A DNA stretch of 64,000 nt, taken from positions 7,477 through 71,476 of the forward strand of contig CAZSLF010000004.1 of NCBI GenBank assembly GCA_964607805.1, read 5' to 3'. The position numbers and the translations under genes were made by a program. The notes below the pieces were generated by a model. That model was given only the letters and a program-made list of their open reading frames with translations, was not told the origin of the DNA and ran no database searches. Below are positions 54,802 to 64,000 of this stretch, one piece after another (positions within the stretch are counted from its first letter, which is position 1; the number at the start of each line of letters is the position of its first letter). Origin of the DNA: an uncultured Candidatus Saccharibacteria bacterium. Its GTDB lineage: Bacteria; Patescibacteriota; Minisyncoccia; Phycocordibacterales; CAIZLB01.

Positions 54802-56598
54802 ATGTCAGATCCAAAAATCAGCAGAAGTCAGGGAGGAAATCCATTGACCTACTTGTTCGCCAAGACATGGCAATATTCAATCGGAAATAGAATTAAACTC
54901 GGGATTTGCTGGGCGATGTTTATCTTCGCCGAAACTATCCAGGTTTTAGTCTACCCACTTATCTGGGCAAGGATAATGAACGTAGTACAAGTGGAAGGTA
55001 TTACAAAGGAAAGCATCAGCTCTCTTTTGTGGATGCTTGGCGCTTTGCTGCTAGCAACAATTACCTTCTGGTGTATTCATGGTCCAGCAAGGTTGCTTGA
55101 GAGGTCGAACGCATTTAAGGTGCGGTTGAACTATCGAAAGTATTTATTGCGTGGCGTTATGACATATCCCATGGACTGGCACTCGAATAATCAGTCAGGA
55201 GACACGATTGATAAAGTTGAGAAAGGAACTTCAGGATTGTATAGCTTCTCAGAAGAAACATTCGAGGTGATCTATTCAATTGTGAGATTGTTGATCAGCT
55301 ATTGTATGCTGTTTTACTTCTTCTCGCATTCTTCGTACATCGTGTTAGCCATGATGATAGTGATGTTTTTTATTGTCACAAGATTCGACAGGGTGCTTAT
55401 CAAGCAATACAAGGAATTGAATAAAAATGAAAATCAGGTTACTGCTAAAGTATTCGATTCCATTAGCAATATTACAACCGTAATTATTTTGCGAGTTGAG
55501 AAGCTTGTGTTCGACGCAATCATAAAAAAAGCGGAGGAGCCGTATAAACTCTTTATTAGAAATAATAATCTAAATGAGCTTAAGTGGTTTCTGACTTCAG
55601 TTTGTTGCACAACCACAGTTATTGTCGTCATGGGCGCATACTTTGTGTCCAATATAGGTGTAGCCGGCGGGGTATTAATTGGAAATGTCTGGCTGCTGTA
55701 TCGGTATCTTGGAAATATTACCGAAATATTCTCACGATTCACTCATATGTACGGTGGCATAGTTAAGCATCGTGCACGTGTGGCTAATTCTGAAGAGTTG
55801 ATGGAACAATCGACGAATGAAAGTTTTTCGAATCATGTTCTGCCGACTAATTGGAAAGAGCTTAGGGTCCAAAATCTTAACTTCACATATGGTGAGGGTA
55901 CGGATCTAAACCTGAAAAATATTGAGCTTACTTTGAAGCGAGGCGAAAAAATCGCTTTCATCGGAAAGAGTGGTAGTGGAAAAACCACATGCTTAAGGGT
56001 GATGCGAGATTTGTACCATCCTCAAAGTCTAAGTCTATATGTCGATGGAGTGAAAATTGATCAAGGTTTCGACGGAATATCCAGAGCAATAGCTTTGGTG
56101 CCGCAGAGCCCTGAGATCTTCGCCTCAACTATATTGGAAAACCTTACGCTTGGCGCAGAATACTCAGAAGAGTTTATTCTTCGATTTACTAACATGGCAT
56201 GCTTCACTGAAGTTGCTCTGGCTTTGCCAAATAAGTTTGATTCCACAATCAATGAAAAGGGAGTCAATCTAAGTGGTGGTCAGCAGCAAAGGTTAGCTCT
56301 CGCAAGAGGGTTAATTGCTTCAAGTGATAAAGATATAGTCCTTCTGGATGAACCAACCAGTAGTTTGGATGCAGATACGGAACGGAGGATTTACGAAAAT
56401 CTTCTTCGAGAATTCGGAGATAAGACAATTGTTTCTTCGGTACACCGTCTGCATCTTCTTCCTCTCTTCGATCGTATTGTTATGTTCGATGATGGAAGAA
56501 TTGTCGGCTCTGGGACTTTCGAAGAAATGTCCTCGGGCTGTACAGAATTCCAAGACCTCTGGAGAAGATATGAAGGAGGGTCGGGAATGGTTGATTGA
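54802..56598 (+). CDS. ABC exporter (fused TMD-NBD half transporter)
   Basis: 598 aa. It has a 6-TM N-terminal domain, Walker A GKSGSGKTT, signature LSGGQQQRLALARG and Walker B IVLLDEPTS. Confidence 0.9.
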   Translation: MSDPKISRSQGGNPLTYLFAKTWQYSIGNRIKLGICWAMFIFAETIQVLVYPLIWARIMNVVQVEGITKESISSLLWMLGALLLATITFWCIHGPARLLERSNAFKVRLNYRKYLLRGVMTYPMDWHSNNQSGDTIDKVEKGTSGLYSFSEETFEVIYSIVRLLISYCMLFYFFSHSSYIVLAMMIVMFFIVTRFDRVLIKQYKELNKNENQVTAKVFDSISNITTVIILRVEKLVFDAIIKKAEEPYKLFIRNNNLNELKWFLTSVCCTTTVIVVMGAYFVSNIGVAGGVLIGNVWLLYRYLGNITEIFSRFTHMYGGIVKHRARVANSEELMEQSTNESFSNHVLPTNWKELRVQNLNFTYGEGTDLNLKNIELTLKRGEKIAFIGKSGSGKTTCLRVMRDLYHPQSLSLYVDGVKIDQGFDGISRAIALVPQSPEIFASTILENLTLGAEYSEEFILRFTNMACFTEVALALPNKFDSTINEKGVNLSGGQQQRLALARGLIASSDKDIVLLDEPTSSLDADTERRIYENLLREFGDKTIVSSVHRLHLLPLFDRIVMFDDGRIVGSGTFEEMSSGCTEFQDLWRRYEGGSGMVD

Positions 56599-56854
56599 TA
56601 CCTAAGGGTATTAGAAAGCGCTCTGGAGAATAGCGTAAAAACTCCTCGCTCCAAACCAAACGGTTTGGAGTTTTACTTTTTCTTTTTTTTCGTGATTGAC
56701 AATCTCAAACCCAAAGCGCACCATATTACCATCGGCATGTTAATAACTGTCGGGCTGTCAATGTTGCTCTACTCGAGCGCTTATTGCGAGGGTGATGTTT
56801 CGCCCATGCAATGCATAATGCTGATAGGAACCTGTCCTTAAGGAGGATTGGAAA

Positions 56855-57397
56855 ATGAGTGCATACAAAATAGAAGGAACCTTGGATCCGTCCGCTATGA
56901 CCAACCGTGTTGCTCATGCGATCGGTAAACGAGGCATAGATCATTTAAAGAGTCTATTTGAACCAAAAATCAATACTGGACGAGGGGTAGATATTAAGAA
57001 TGTTACAAGTAGAGTTTTAAATTCATATTTTCCCTTAATTCAAAAATATCTCTTGGAGTTTGGTCCATCAATGTTGGGAACTATCTCAGCGCATCTGGTG
57101 GAGACTCCATATCATCCTCTTGGCTTCAGTCTCATGTTCCATGACCCTGAATCCGTTCTCGGAGTAACGGTCAGTAGGGCTACGACATGGGATTTTCATC
57201 ATAACGATTTAAAATTTATGGACCGGGCTCATAATCGTGAGATGGCTGGTCTGTCTCAACTGCGCTTTCTTGCAGCCTTGGCAATGGTAAACGGCTGCGC
57301 TGACGTCGCCTTGCAAGAACAGTATAGGTGCCAGGAACGCCAATATGTTGCCAATGCGCGTGCAAGGTTAGCTAGGGGTGACAGTTTAATTCCTTAG
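56855..57397 (+). CDS. Hypothetical protein (orphan with canonical SD)
   Basis: 180-aa ORF. AAGGAGG (56840-56846) lies 8 nt upstream of the ATG. The terminator gcgggccgtc..gacggcccgc lies at about 57415-57441. Confidence 0.6.
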   Translation: MSAYKIEGTLDPSAMTNRVAHAIGKRGIDHLKSLFEPKINTGRGVDIKNVTSRVLNSYFPLIQKYLLEFGPSMLGTISAHLVETPYHPLGFSLMFHDPESVLGVTVSRATTWDFHHNDLKFMDRAHNREMAGLSQLRFLAALAMVNGCADVALQEQYRCQERQYVANARARLARGDSLIP

Positions 57398-57572
57398 TTC
57401 TTTAGCTTTTTCAAGCGGGCCGTCGTCAGACGGCCCGCTCTTTCATACCCTGACTTTCATACCTAATAAATATCAAATTAGCACTAATTTACACCCAGAT
57501 TTACTCGCTTTGACCTGCCTTCAGGCACCCCATTGCATTATCCAAAAAAATTGGTATTATATGACCCTATAT

Positions 57573-57938
57573 ATGGCAACAACACTTACACCTGCAAAAG
57601 CAAAGAAAGCGGCAAATACCGACTCTTTTGTTGTATTTAAAACTGGCGGAAAGCAGTATCGTGCTGCCGTTGGTGATTTAATTAAAATTGAGAAGATTAA
57701 GGGCGAGCATAATATCGGTGATAAAATCGAATTCAATGAAGTCCTTCTAGCTGAAAAGGGTGGAAACACTACTATTGGTGCTCCAACTATTGCTGGCGCT
57801 AAAGTTACAGCTGAAATCAAGGATATCGCACGAGCAAAGAAGGTAATCGCTATGCGATATATTCAGAAGAGTCGATCAGGACCAAAGAAGAACGGTCATC
57901 GACAGCCTTATTTCCAGGTTGAGATTCTTTCAATCTAA
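57573..57938 (+). CDS. rplU: 50S ribosomal protein L21
   Basis: I used the ATG at 57573. FVVFKTGGKQYRAAVGDLIKIEKI matches the L21 N-terminal core. No rpmA follows it. Confidence 0.9.
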   Translation: MATTLTPAKAKKAANTDSFVVFKTGGKQYRAAVGDLIKIEKIKGEHNIGDKIEFNEVLLAEKGGNTTIGAPTIAGAKVTAEIKDIARAKKVIAMRYIQKSRSGPKKNGHRQPYFQVEILSI

Positions 57939-58124
57939 ATTTTCTAAGATTTCTAGGTTTTAAATTTTGAAAATGAACCGCAAAAGCATCCATTACCCTG
58001 GGTGTTTTTGTTTTAATATGTCTGAAATGTTGACTGACAACACTTAGTATATTAGTCTTTTTTTGGACTAGGATTAATCCTAATGCGGTCCTGCATCAAA
58101 TTAGATATAAAAGGAGGGTTTTAT

Positions 58125-58391
58125 ATGCCCAGAACAAGAGAAGGAGTTATAAAACAACCAAATGGTGTCGAGGAACATCTGACACCAAATAACCGTGCAC
58201 TTGCTGAGAAATATTACTCAGATGCAGGTCTAGGGCCTACTGCTGAGGAACGTTATGAGCATTTCAAAACAGACCCTGTTCTGTCCAGGAGCTGCTATTA
58301 CAATATCAATTACGATCCCGAAACCGAGGAAGATGTTTCCCGTCTTTCGGTGCTAGAATGGTTTGCCTGGCAATGGGATGGGGCCTGCTAA
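58125..58391 (+). CDS. Hypothetical small protein (orphan with canonical SD)
   Basis: I used the ATG at 58125, with AAGGAGG (58111-58117) 7 nt upstream. The terminator ctgcgc..gcgcag plus T6 lies at about 58424-58450. Confidence 0.55.
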   Translation: MPRTREGVIKQPNGVEEHLTPNNRALAEKYYSDAGLGPTAEERYEHFKTDPVLSRSCYYNINYDPETEEDVSRLSVLEWFAWQWDGAC

Positions 58392-58536
58392 TTCGTTTTA
58401 GCGGATCCTAAAAATGAAAAAACTGCGCACCCGAGGGGCGCAGTTTTTTGTTTTCTGTAATTTTTTACTTTTGACACATAAAAGATATTAGATATACTAC
58501 TTTCGGCAATTTTGCCATAAAAAGGAGGTGAATTAA

Positions 58537-58875
58537 TTGATACCAATAAGCTCTTGTCTTTTTTTGTTAGGAGGATGCGCCTTGGGTGTATTGCTCATGT
58601 GCATGTCTCCTTTTTTTCCAGCCATTGCAACTTTTTGGTCACGACTGAAGGGTTATTGTGGAAAGTGGAAAATGGTACCAGGATTGGTCGTCCGTGTGGG
58701 CGCGGCAGCTTCCACAGTATGGCTTTTGTACCATGTCAGGCCGGTGCGATGTAGTGATGATGTGGCGCTGCAGAAGATTCAGAAGACAGTTCCATTCGTT
58801 GCGAAGATCACAGCCAAAATGCCAGTGACACAAGGTTGCTGTCCTTCCACCGGTCATCATGCTAATACAAAATAG
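58537..58875 (+). CDS. Small Cys-rich membrane protein (orphan with canonical SD)
   Basis: TTG start at 58537, with AAGGAGG (58522-58528) 8 nt upstream. A TTGACA-16-TATACT promoter lies at about 58473-58500. Confidence 0.5.
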   Translation: MIPISSCLFLLGGCALGVLLMCMSPFFPAIATFWSRLKGYCGKWKMVPGLVVRVGAAASTVWLLYHVRPVRCSDDVALQKIQKTVPFVAKITAKMPVTQGCCPSTGHHANTK

Positions 58876-58972
58876 TCTGTGTTAGCAGAGTCTCAAAATA
58901 GGCTCAAGTAAAAACCATCTGTCAGATAATTTCCAGGGTTCTGGATAATGCTGGGGTGGTTTATTTTTTTAA

Positions 58973-59608
58973 TTACCTCCTATTCTCCAATGCACTCTTA
59001 AGCGTCTCAGCATCTGAATACTCCAATTCCGTCCCTGTAGAAAGACCTCGGCCAAGTGTCGTAATTCGGACACTGGAAGGTGCTTGGGAGGCCAAAATTT
59101 GGCTTTTAAGGAAGGTTTTAGCTATTTCCGCAGTATGTTCGCCCTCGGTATTAGCATTCATTGCTAGGATGATTTCTTTGACTTCTTTTCGCTCCGGAAT
59201 TTCACCCTCAAATTGCTTTTTTAGATCATATAGGCGGGGAAGCTCGGCAGGATCAGTTGATGAAAGTTCAATATTTTTGCCGAGGATAAAGTAGAGACCA
59301 TTGTAAATTCTTCTTTGTTCAATGGCCGAAATATCCGTATCCTGCGTCAGTAACATAAGGATTTGTCGATCGCGATTTTGATCCGTGCAAAGCGAGCATC
59401 TTGTTTGATTTTCAAATCGGGGAGCAAAAAAACGAAAACATAAATCGCAACTTTGAATTCCAGTTTTTAGTTTTTTAATTAAGTCACTGAGTTGCAGGGC
59501 ATTTTCGGGGGATTCATTTAGAATATGATATGCAAAACGCCTCGCTTGCCGCGGTCCAATTCCAGGAAATTTTTTAAATGCTTCTACGAGTTTTTCGAGG
59601 GTGTCCAT
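58973..59608 (-). CDS. recR: Recombination protein RecR
   Basis: HhH motif FPGIGPRQARRFAYHIL, a Cys4 zinc finger (CDLC...CSLC) and a Toprim region. Confidence 0.93.
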   Translation of the reverse strand: MDTLEKLVEAFKKFPGIGPRQARRFAYHILNESPENALQLSDLIKKLKTGIQSCDLCFRFFAPRFENQTRCSLCTDQNRDRQILMLLTQDTDISAIEQRRIYNGLYFILGKNIELSSTDPAELPRLYDLKKQFEGEIPERKEVKEIILAMNANTEGEHTAEIAKTFLKSQILASQAPSSVRITTLGRGLSTGTELEYSDAETLKSALENRR

Positions 59609-59661
59609 GTGATATTAAAGTAGGGGATATAGGGGTATTAAGCGTATGATATCATAATTAT

Positions 59662-59895
59662 ATGAAGCTCAATCCTTTACATCCAACTGAACAAATAGTG
59701 CAAATTCGCAATTTTGAGGAGGAGCAAAAGATTAAACATCAGGCAGAAGCCTTGGTTCGAGTTTGGTTTGATATAAAAAATAATCCTGACCCGGTAGCTA
59801 GAGAAATTTTAGATTTTATGGATAAATTAAAGGTGGATGCGCGGGTGATTGAGGAGGCGTATAAGTTGTTGGCGGTGGAGTTGAATAAGAAGTAA
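59662..59895 (+). CDS. Hypothetical small helical protein
   Basis: 77-aa ORF. I recognise no motif. Confidence 0.4.
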   Translation: MKLNPLHPTEQIVQIRNFEEEQKIKHQAEALVRVWFDIKNNPDPVAREILDFMDKLKVDARVIEEAYKLLAVELNKK

Positions 59896-60013
59896 GTGGT
59901 GCTGATTGGTTTTTTCAATTTATAATTAGCAGACGAAAAATTGACATTTTACAAAAAAGTCTTATTATTTTTTTGGAACTAATTTTTCCTCATTCAGAGG
60001 CAGTGATAAACGC

Positions 60014-60466
60014 TTGTCTACACAGGCACTTGTGGACTATTTGAACATTGTCCGAAAAGTGTGTTCCTTTTGTGTTATGAATTACAAAATTAAATTTCGT
60101 TTTGACTGTAGTAGCAAAGGTGCAGGCGGCTTCAGTGCGCTTTTTGAAGCTGATATGGCATCTGATCCTATGCCTAGTTCCGGGAATACGATTGTAGTAT
60201 CGAGAACTAACCGTACATCTTTGAAGGTAATGGATATTATTTATTCTGGACACGGGGCTCCTGGTATTATTACTCCCGCTCTAGTTCTTTCCAGGCTGCT
60301 TGACGAGAGTTATTTCGGATTCAATGGGTCTGATGCTGATGCATACGAAGCTGCTGTTAAAAAATTTTTTGAGGTTCAAAAGATTGATTTTGAACGTAAT
60401 GGCTACATGATGAAATACTTCTTTAAGTGGCCAACAAATGAAGTTCAAGAGCTTGCTCTTGAATAA
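60014..60466 (+). CDS. Hypothetical protein
   Basis: ORF downstream of a TTGACA-16-TATTAT promoter at about 59950-59977. The start is ambiguous: TTG at 60014 or ATG at 60077. Confidence 0.45.
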   Translation: MSTQALVDYLNIVRKVCSFCVMNYKIKFRFDCSSKGAGGFSALFEADMASDPMPSSGNTIVVSRTNRTSLKVMDIIYSGHGAPGIITPALVLSRLLDESYFGFNGSDADAYEAAVKKFFEVQKIDFERNGYMMKYFFKWPTNEVQELALE

Positions 60467-60543
60467 GTTGTTCGAAATCACACATTGTATTGTTAAGAAA
60501 AAAAACGACGCACCGACTCTCTCGAGCACGGGCGTTTTTCTTT

Positions 60544-61977
60544 TTATAAATGCCCCTCAAAATCCCCGAAGTCACTCTTCTCAAGTGACAAGAAAGTTGT
60601 GTGTTGACCGTCGAACTTAAGCTGTGCAACACCTGTTGGACCATTTCTATGCTTTTCAATTAAGATCTCTGCGATACCGTCTTTTTCATTTTGATCTTTG
60701 TAGCGATCTTCACGGTGAATGAACATAACCACATCGGCATCCTGCTCGATTGAACCTGAATCTCGAAGGTCAGATAGTCGAGGGCGACCTCCACGTTTTT
60801 CAACTTCTCGGGATAGCTGTGAAAGTGCTAGAACTGGTACATCGAGTTCTCGAGCAAGATTTTTTAGTGATCGTGAAATTTCAGTAACTTGTTGCACCAT
60901 ATTGTCACTGCCTTTTGATTGAACAGGGGCCATAAGTTGCAAGTAGTCCACAACAATTAGACCAAGACCTTTTTCCATTTTCAATTTTCTTGCAAAACTT
61001 CTCATCTTTAAAATATTACTTCCAGGTTGATCGTCAATATATATCGGTGCGTCAGAAAGGCGACCGATACCGTCTTGAATAAATCGGAAGTCGTTGTCGT
61101 TCAAACCTTTTGAAGTACGTAATTTCCAAGCATCAACTCTAGATTCAGAAGATAGCATACGCTGGGCTAATTGCGCTGAGCTCATTTCCAAAGAGAAAAT
61201 ACAAACTGGAATCTTATGATCAACAGCAGCATGCCTTGCAATATCAAGTGCGAAAGTTGTTTTTCCCATCGAAGGTCGAGCGGCAAGAATAATTAAATCT
61301 GATTTTTGTAAGCCGGCTAATTTATCGTCGAGTGCTTTAAATCCTGTTGGCACACCTCGCATGGCGTCACCGGCCTGGTGAAGACGATCAATTGTTTCCC
61401 AAGTCTCGATCAAAGCCGCTTTGATATCTGTAAATTTATGTTTATGACCTTTTCCTGTAATTTCAAAAATACTTTTTTCAGCTTGATCCAAAATTTCTTC
61501 AAGCGCACCTTCTTCGTTGTATCCTAAATGATTAATATGCTCAGATGCTGCGATCAAAGTACGCATTGCAAACTTTTTCTGAACAATTTCGGCATAATAT
61601 TGTGAGTTTGAAGCAGAGGGAACTGAGTTTACAAGTTCAGCAAGATAACTAGAACCACCAATTGTGTCCAGATTCTGTTCTTCTTCTAGTTGAGTTTTAA
61701 GTGAAAGGAGGTCGATAGGGCTAAGTGCAGTGTGCAACTTCATAATTGCTCGATAAATAATTTTATGTCGTTCACTGTAAAAGACTTCATCCGCAATTAC
61801 ATCCATGAGGTCATTCAAAATATCAGAACGAAGCATGATCGAACCAAGCACAGCTTGCTCAGCGTCTATGCTATGTGGAGGAATACGAAGCTCACGACGA
61901 TTCATATCGCCACTACCAATTGAAGAATTAGAAAAATTTCCTTTTGTATATGGAGATTTCTTTTTTCCTGTGTTCAT
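60544..61977 (-). CDS. dnaB: Replicative DNA helicase DnaB
   Basis: I chose the ATG at 61977 because GAGGAA lies 6 nt upstream. Walker A ARPSMGKTTFAL, Walker B LIVVDYLQLM, and a DnaB N-terminal domain are present. Confidence 0.93.
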   Translation of the reverse strand: MNTGKKKSPYTKGNFSNSSIGSGDMNRRELRIPPHSIDAEQAVLGSIMLRSDILNDLMDVIADEVFYSERHKIIYRAIMKLHTALSPIDLLSLKTQLEEEQNLDTIGGSSYLAELVNSVPSASNSQYYAEIVQKKFAMRTLIAASEHINHLGYNEEGALEEILDQAEKSIFEITGKGHKHKFTDIKAALIETWETIDRLHQAGDAMRGVPTGFKALDDKLAGLQKSDLIILAARPSMGKTTFALDIARHAAVDHKIPVCIFSLEMSSAQLAQRMLSSESRVDAWKLRTSKGLNDNDFRFIQDGIGRLSDAPIYIDDQPGSNILKMRSFARKLKMEKGLGLIVVDYLQLMAPVQSKGSDNMVQQVTEISRSLKNLARELDVPVLALSQLSREVEKRGGRPRLSDLRDSGSIEQDADVVMFIHREDRYKDQNEKDGIAEILIEKHRNGPTGVAQLKFDGQHTTFLSLEKSDFGDFEGHL

Positions 61978-62226
61978 AGTTTGTTCCTCAGCGTATTGCA
62001 TGTAAAGATTATATATTATGAATCTAGATAAGAAGAATTTTGACAATGTCGTACCGTGGCTAAGAATATAGAATCAAAAATTTTTTCGCCAAAAACTGTG
62101 CACAAGGTGTTGATAGGTAATATTGACAAATTGTGATTTAGTTGTATTCTGTCTGCTGGGAAATGATTCCCGAAAAAACAAGCTCAAAGCTCAAAACTCA
62201 GAACTCAGAAAATTCAGCAACAACAT

Positions 62227-62748
62227 TTGAATATGCAAACAGAACCAGCAAATAGAAAAGTACTTTGTGTCTGCACTCGCGATACTAGCCGTGCCCCGAT
62301 GATTTCATTTGTTCTCAGTCAATATCTCGCAACCTGTGGGATGAATGATGTGGAGATCAAAAGCGCAGGAGTCCGCCCGAACTGTGGTGGCCAACCAGCC
62401 AATGAAATGGCCACCGAATGCATGGTGATGGAAGGTGAAAAGTATGGCGATTTCATGCGCAATCATGAATCGACTTTCATCGATGATCTTGTCCTTGGCA
62501 ATTACGATTTTTTCATCGTCGCCGACAGGAAGGTGAGAAAAGAGTTGCTGGAAATGCGTCCTGCGATTAATCTTGAAACCATCCATGTCATTGGAGGCAG
62601 CAAAGGGATCATGGACCCGTTTGGACTCGGCGCGAGAGCATACCAAGTGTGTCTCGTCCAGATCAAAACTGCAATGCCGGCAATCGCTGATTTTGTCTCG
62701 CGGGGCATCCTCGACGTCGCCGTCAGTGCTGAACTTGTACACGTATAA
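62227..62748 (+). CDS. Low-molecular-weight phosphotyrosine phosphatase/ArsC-like protein (divergent)
   Basis: CX5R P-loop (VCVCTRDTSRAP) near the N-terminus and a DP general-acid loop (GIMDPFG). Confidence 0.55.
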   Translation: MNMQTEPANRKVLCVCTRDTSRAPMISFVLSQYLATCGMNDVEIKSAGVRPNCGGQPANEMATECMVMEGEKYGDFMRNHESTFIDDLVLGNYDFFIVADRKVRKELLEMRPAINLETIHVIGGSKGIMDPFGLGARAYQVCLVQIKTAMPAIADFVSRGILDVAVSAELVHV

Positions 62749-62878
62749 CTTCTGCGTGAATTAGTACTGGGCTGATATGCCCGAAATCAAACCCGCGGAC
62801 CCTTCTTGGGCTCGCGGGTTTTCCATTTTTATAAAAACACTTAAAAATTAACAATTTTTTCTCCGCTTTTTAAATTCG

Positions 62879-63448
62879 CTACTTACCTCTCCGATGCAAA
62901 ACTTTATTCTTAAGCAACATGAAAAACCAACTAGCTACAAGACATACTGCAATATATGTAAGAATTGTGGCACTGAAACCAAAGTTCGATGCAGTTCTGT
63001 CAAAAGCAGCAGAAGTGATTAGAATAATAAAGCCCCAAGAAACCATTGAAGTTATACATGTACCCACCAAACTATTTGAATGTTCAACAAAAGAATCCGA
63101 TAGATGTCCATATGTATGTTGGTGTCGGATTAGGGCAGGGAGGTGCATTTGCCTAATTAAAAGAGCACAGAAAAGTACAGTGATTTCGATAAGTAATTTT
63201 GCAACTGTTACGCCGAGAAAGGAATCAAGTGAGAAGTTTTGGATTTGGAAAGAGAAAAATACAATTTCGCAGAGAATTACCCATACAATCAAGAAAACCT
63301 GAATATTATTTAATTGTTTAAGGATTACTATCTCATGTCTTTTTAGAACATGATGCTTAAGTGAGATAATAAAGAAAAGATCATTTATAAAAGCTGCGCC
63401 CGCACCAATTGATATTGCAATTAGATATGTAGCAAATAAAGTTAACAT
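62879..63448 (-). CDS. Multi-TM hypothetical membrane protein
   Basis: 189-aa hydrophobic ORF. Confidence 0.55.
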   Translation of the reverse strand: MLTLFATYLIAISIGAGAAFINDLFFIISLKHHVLKRHEIVILKQLNNIQVFLIVWVILCEIVFFSFQIQNFSLDSFLGVTVAKLLIEITVLFCALLIRQMHLPALIRHQHTYGHLSDSFVEHSNSLVGTCITSMVSWGFIILITSAAFDRTASNFGFSATILTYIAVCLVASWFFMLLKNKVLHRRGK

Positions 63449-63508
63449 ATAAATATTATATCAAATATTTATAAAGAATATGTGAAGAATGGTCGAATTA
63501 AAGGTGAA

Positions 63509-64000
63509 TTAAATAGTTTTAGAAATTGTATAGCTATTTTCTTCATCTTTAATTTCAAATCCCTTCATCTTAATTTCATCACGGATCTGATCCGACTCAG
63601 CCCAATTTTTTTCTTGTCTAGCAAGAAGTCTTTTTTCAGCCAGTTGGCGAATTTCTTCAGGAATTGGAGTATTTTCAGCTGCTTCAAGAATTTTTGCTTT
63701 CTCAGTTGCAATCATAATTAATTCAAGACCAAAAACTTGATCAAAACTTTCAATTAATTTTATCTTTGTCGATGCTTCAAGTTCAGGATTCTTAAGCATG
63801 GTGTGGAAAACTGCTAATCCACTTGCTGTGTCCAGGTCATTGTTAATTGCTTGAGTAAAATTTTCTGTCCAATGATCAATGTGCACGGCCTCCTGAACCG
63901 AATCGTCAATATGTTCAAAACCTTCTGTGCCATCTGCTACTTCGTCTGATCCTTCAATTTCATCTTCTTGTCGAATTATTAGCGCGATTTTATCAATTAA
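63509..64000 (-). CDS. cysS: Cysteinyl-tRNA synthetase, C-terminal part (5' end beyond the window)
   Basis: The frame stays open to position 64000. AINNDLDTASGLAVFHTML matches the CysRS DALR-2 region. The C-terminal RLLARQEKNWAESDQIRDEIKMKGFEIKD matches the CysRS tail. Confidence 0.85.
   Translation of the reverse strand, partial: LIDKIALIIRQEDEIEGSDEVADGTEGFEHIDDSVQEAVHIDHWTENFTQAINNDLDTASGLAVFHTMLKNPELEASTKIKLIESFDQVFGLELIMIATEKAKILEAAENTPIPEEIRQLAEKRLLARQEKNWAESDQIRDEIKMKGFEIKDEENSYTISKTI

Noticed and set aside
1-64000. CRISPR arrays, transposases or IS elements, and rRNA genes.
   Set aside because: I found no regularly spaced direct repeats with unique spacers, no DDE, serine or tyrosine recombinase motifs in any listed ORF, and no rRNA-like conserved stretches.

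Overview
This is an AT-rich, gene-dense bacterial chromosome segment. I infer a Patescibacteria/CPR-like genome from three things: a class I LysRS, low-complexity inserts in core enzymes, and mostly Shine-Dalgarno-less starts. Standard code 11 fits, because long housekeeping ORFs read through cleanly.

Core content:
- Translation and replication: fmt-def, priA, frr, rseP, proS, greA, lysS, rplU, recR, dnaB, and the cysS 3' end.
- Cell wall and division: two mreB paralogs, one heading mreB-mreC-mreD-mrdA, and a dcw head (mraZ-rsmH-ftsL-ftsI) with phased MraZ-box-like repeats.
- Other: nrdA-nrdB, hpf, an RRM/RGG RNA-binding protein, rmuC, yqeY, and a glycan locus (GT4, polyprenyl-phosphate sugar transferase, epimerase, GT2, GT1).

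Interspersed with the core genes are many more G+C-rich, single-gene orphan units. Each has its own near-consensus sigma70-type promoter and hairpin terminator.

Observations most worth follow-up:
1. At 46.09-46.33 kb, a tRNA-Glu is followed by a perfect antisense copy of its own 3' end. A hairpin splits that copy, and a second sense copy carrying CCA follows. This leads straight into a DUF6602-like PD-(D/E)xK nuclease-fold gene, which is bracketed by two hairpins sharing a 12-nt core.
2. At 40.2 kb, a D-arm-less tRNA-like gene with G3:U70 sits next to a promoter-terminator mini-unit. The 5' 17 nt of that unit are antisense to the tRNA-like anticodon arm.
3. A three-member paralog family (10.5, 18.3 and 35.5 kb) shares 3' flanks and terminators.
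4. Two pairs of strongly diverged membrane-protein genes have identical or nearly identical 36-nt and 58-nt 3' flanks.
5. An unannotated 43-codon ORF with its own promoter and terminator lies directly upstream of an ABC exporter.

I saw no CRISPR array, transposase, integrase, reverse transcriptase or rRNA.
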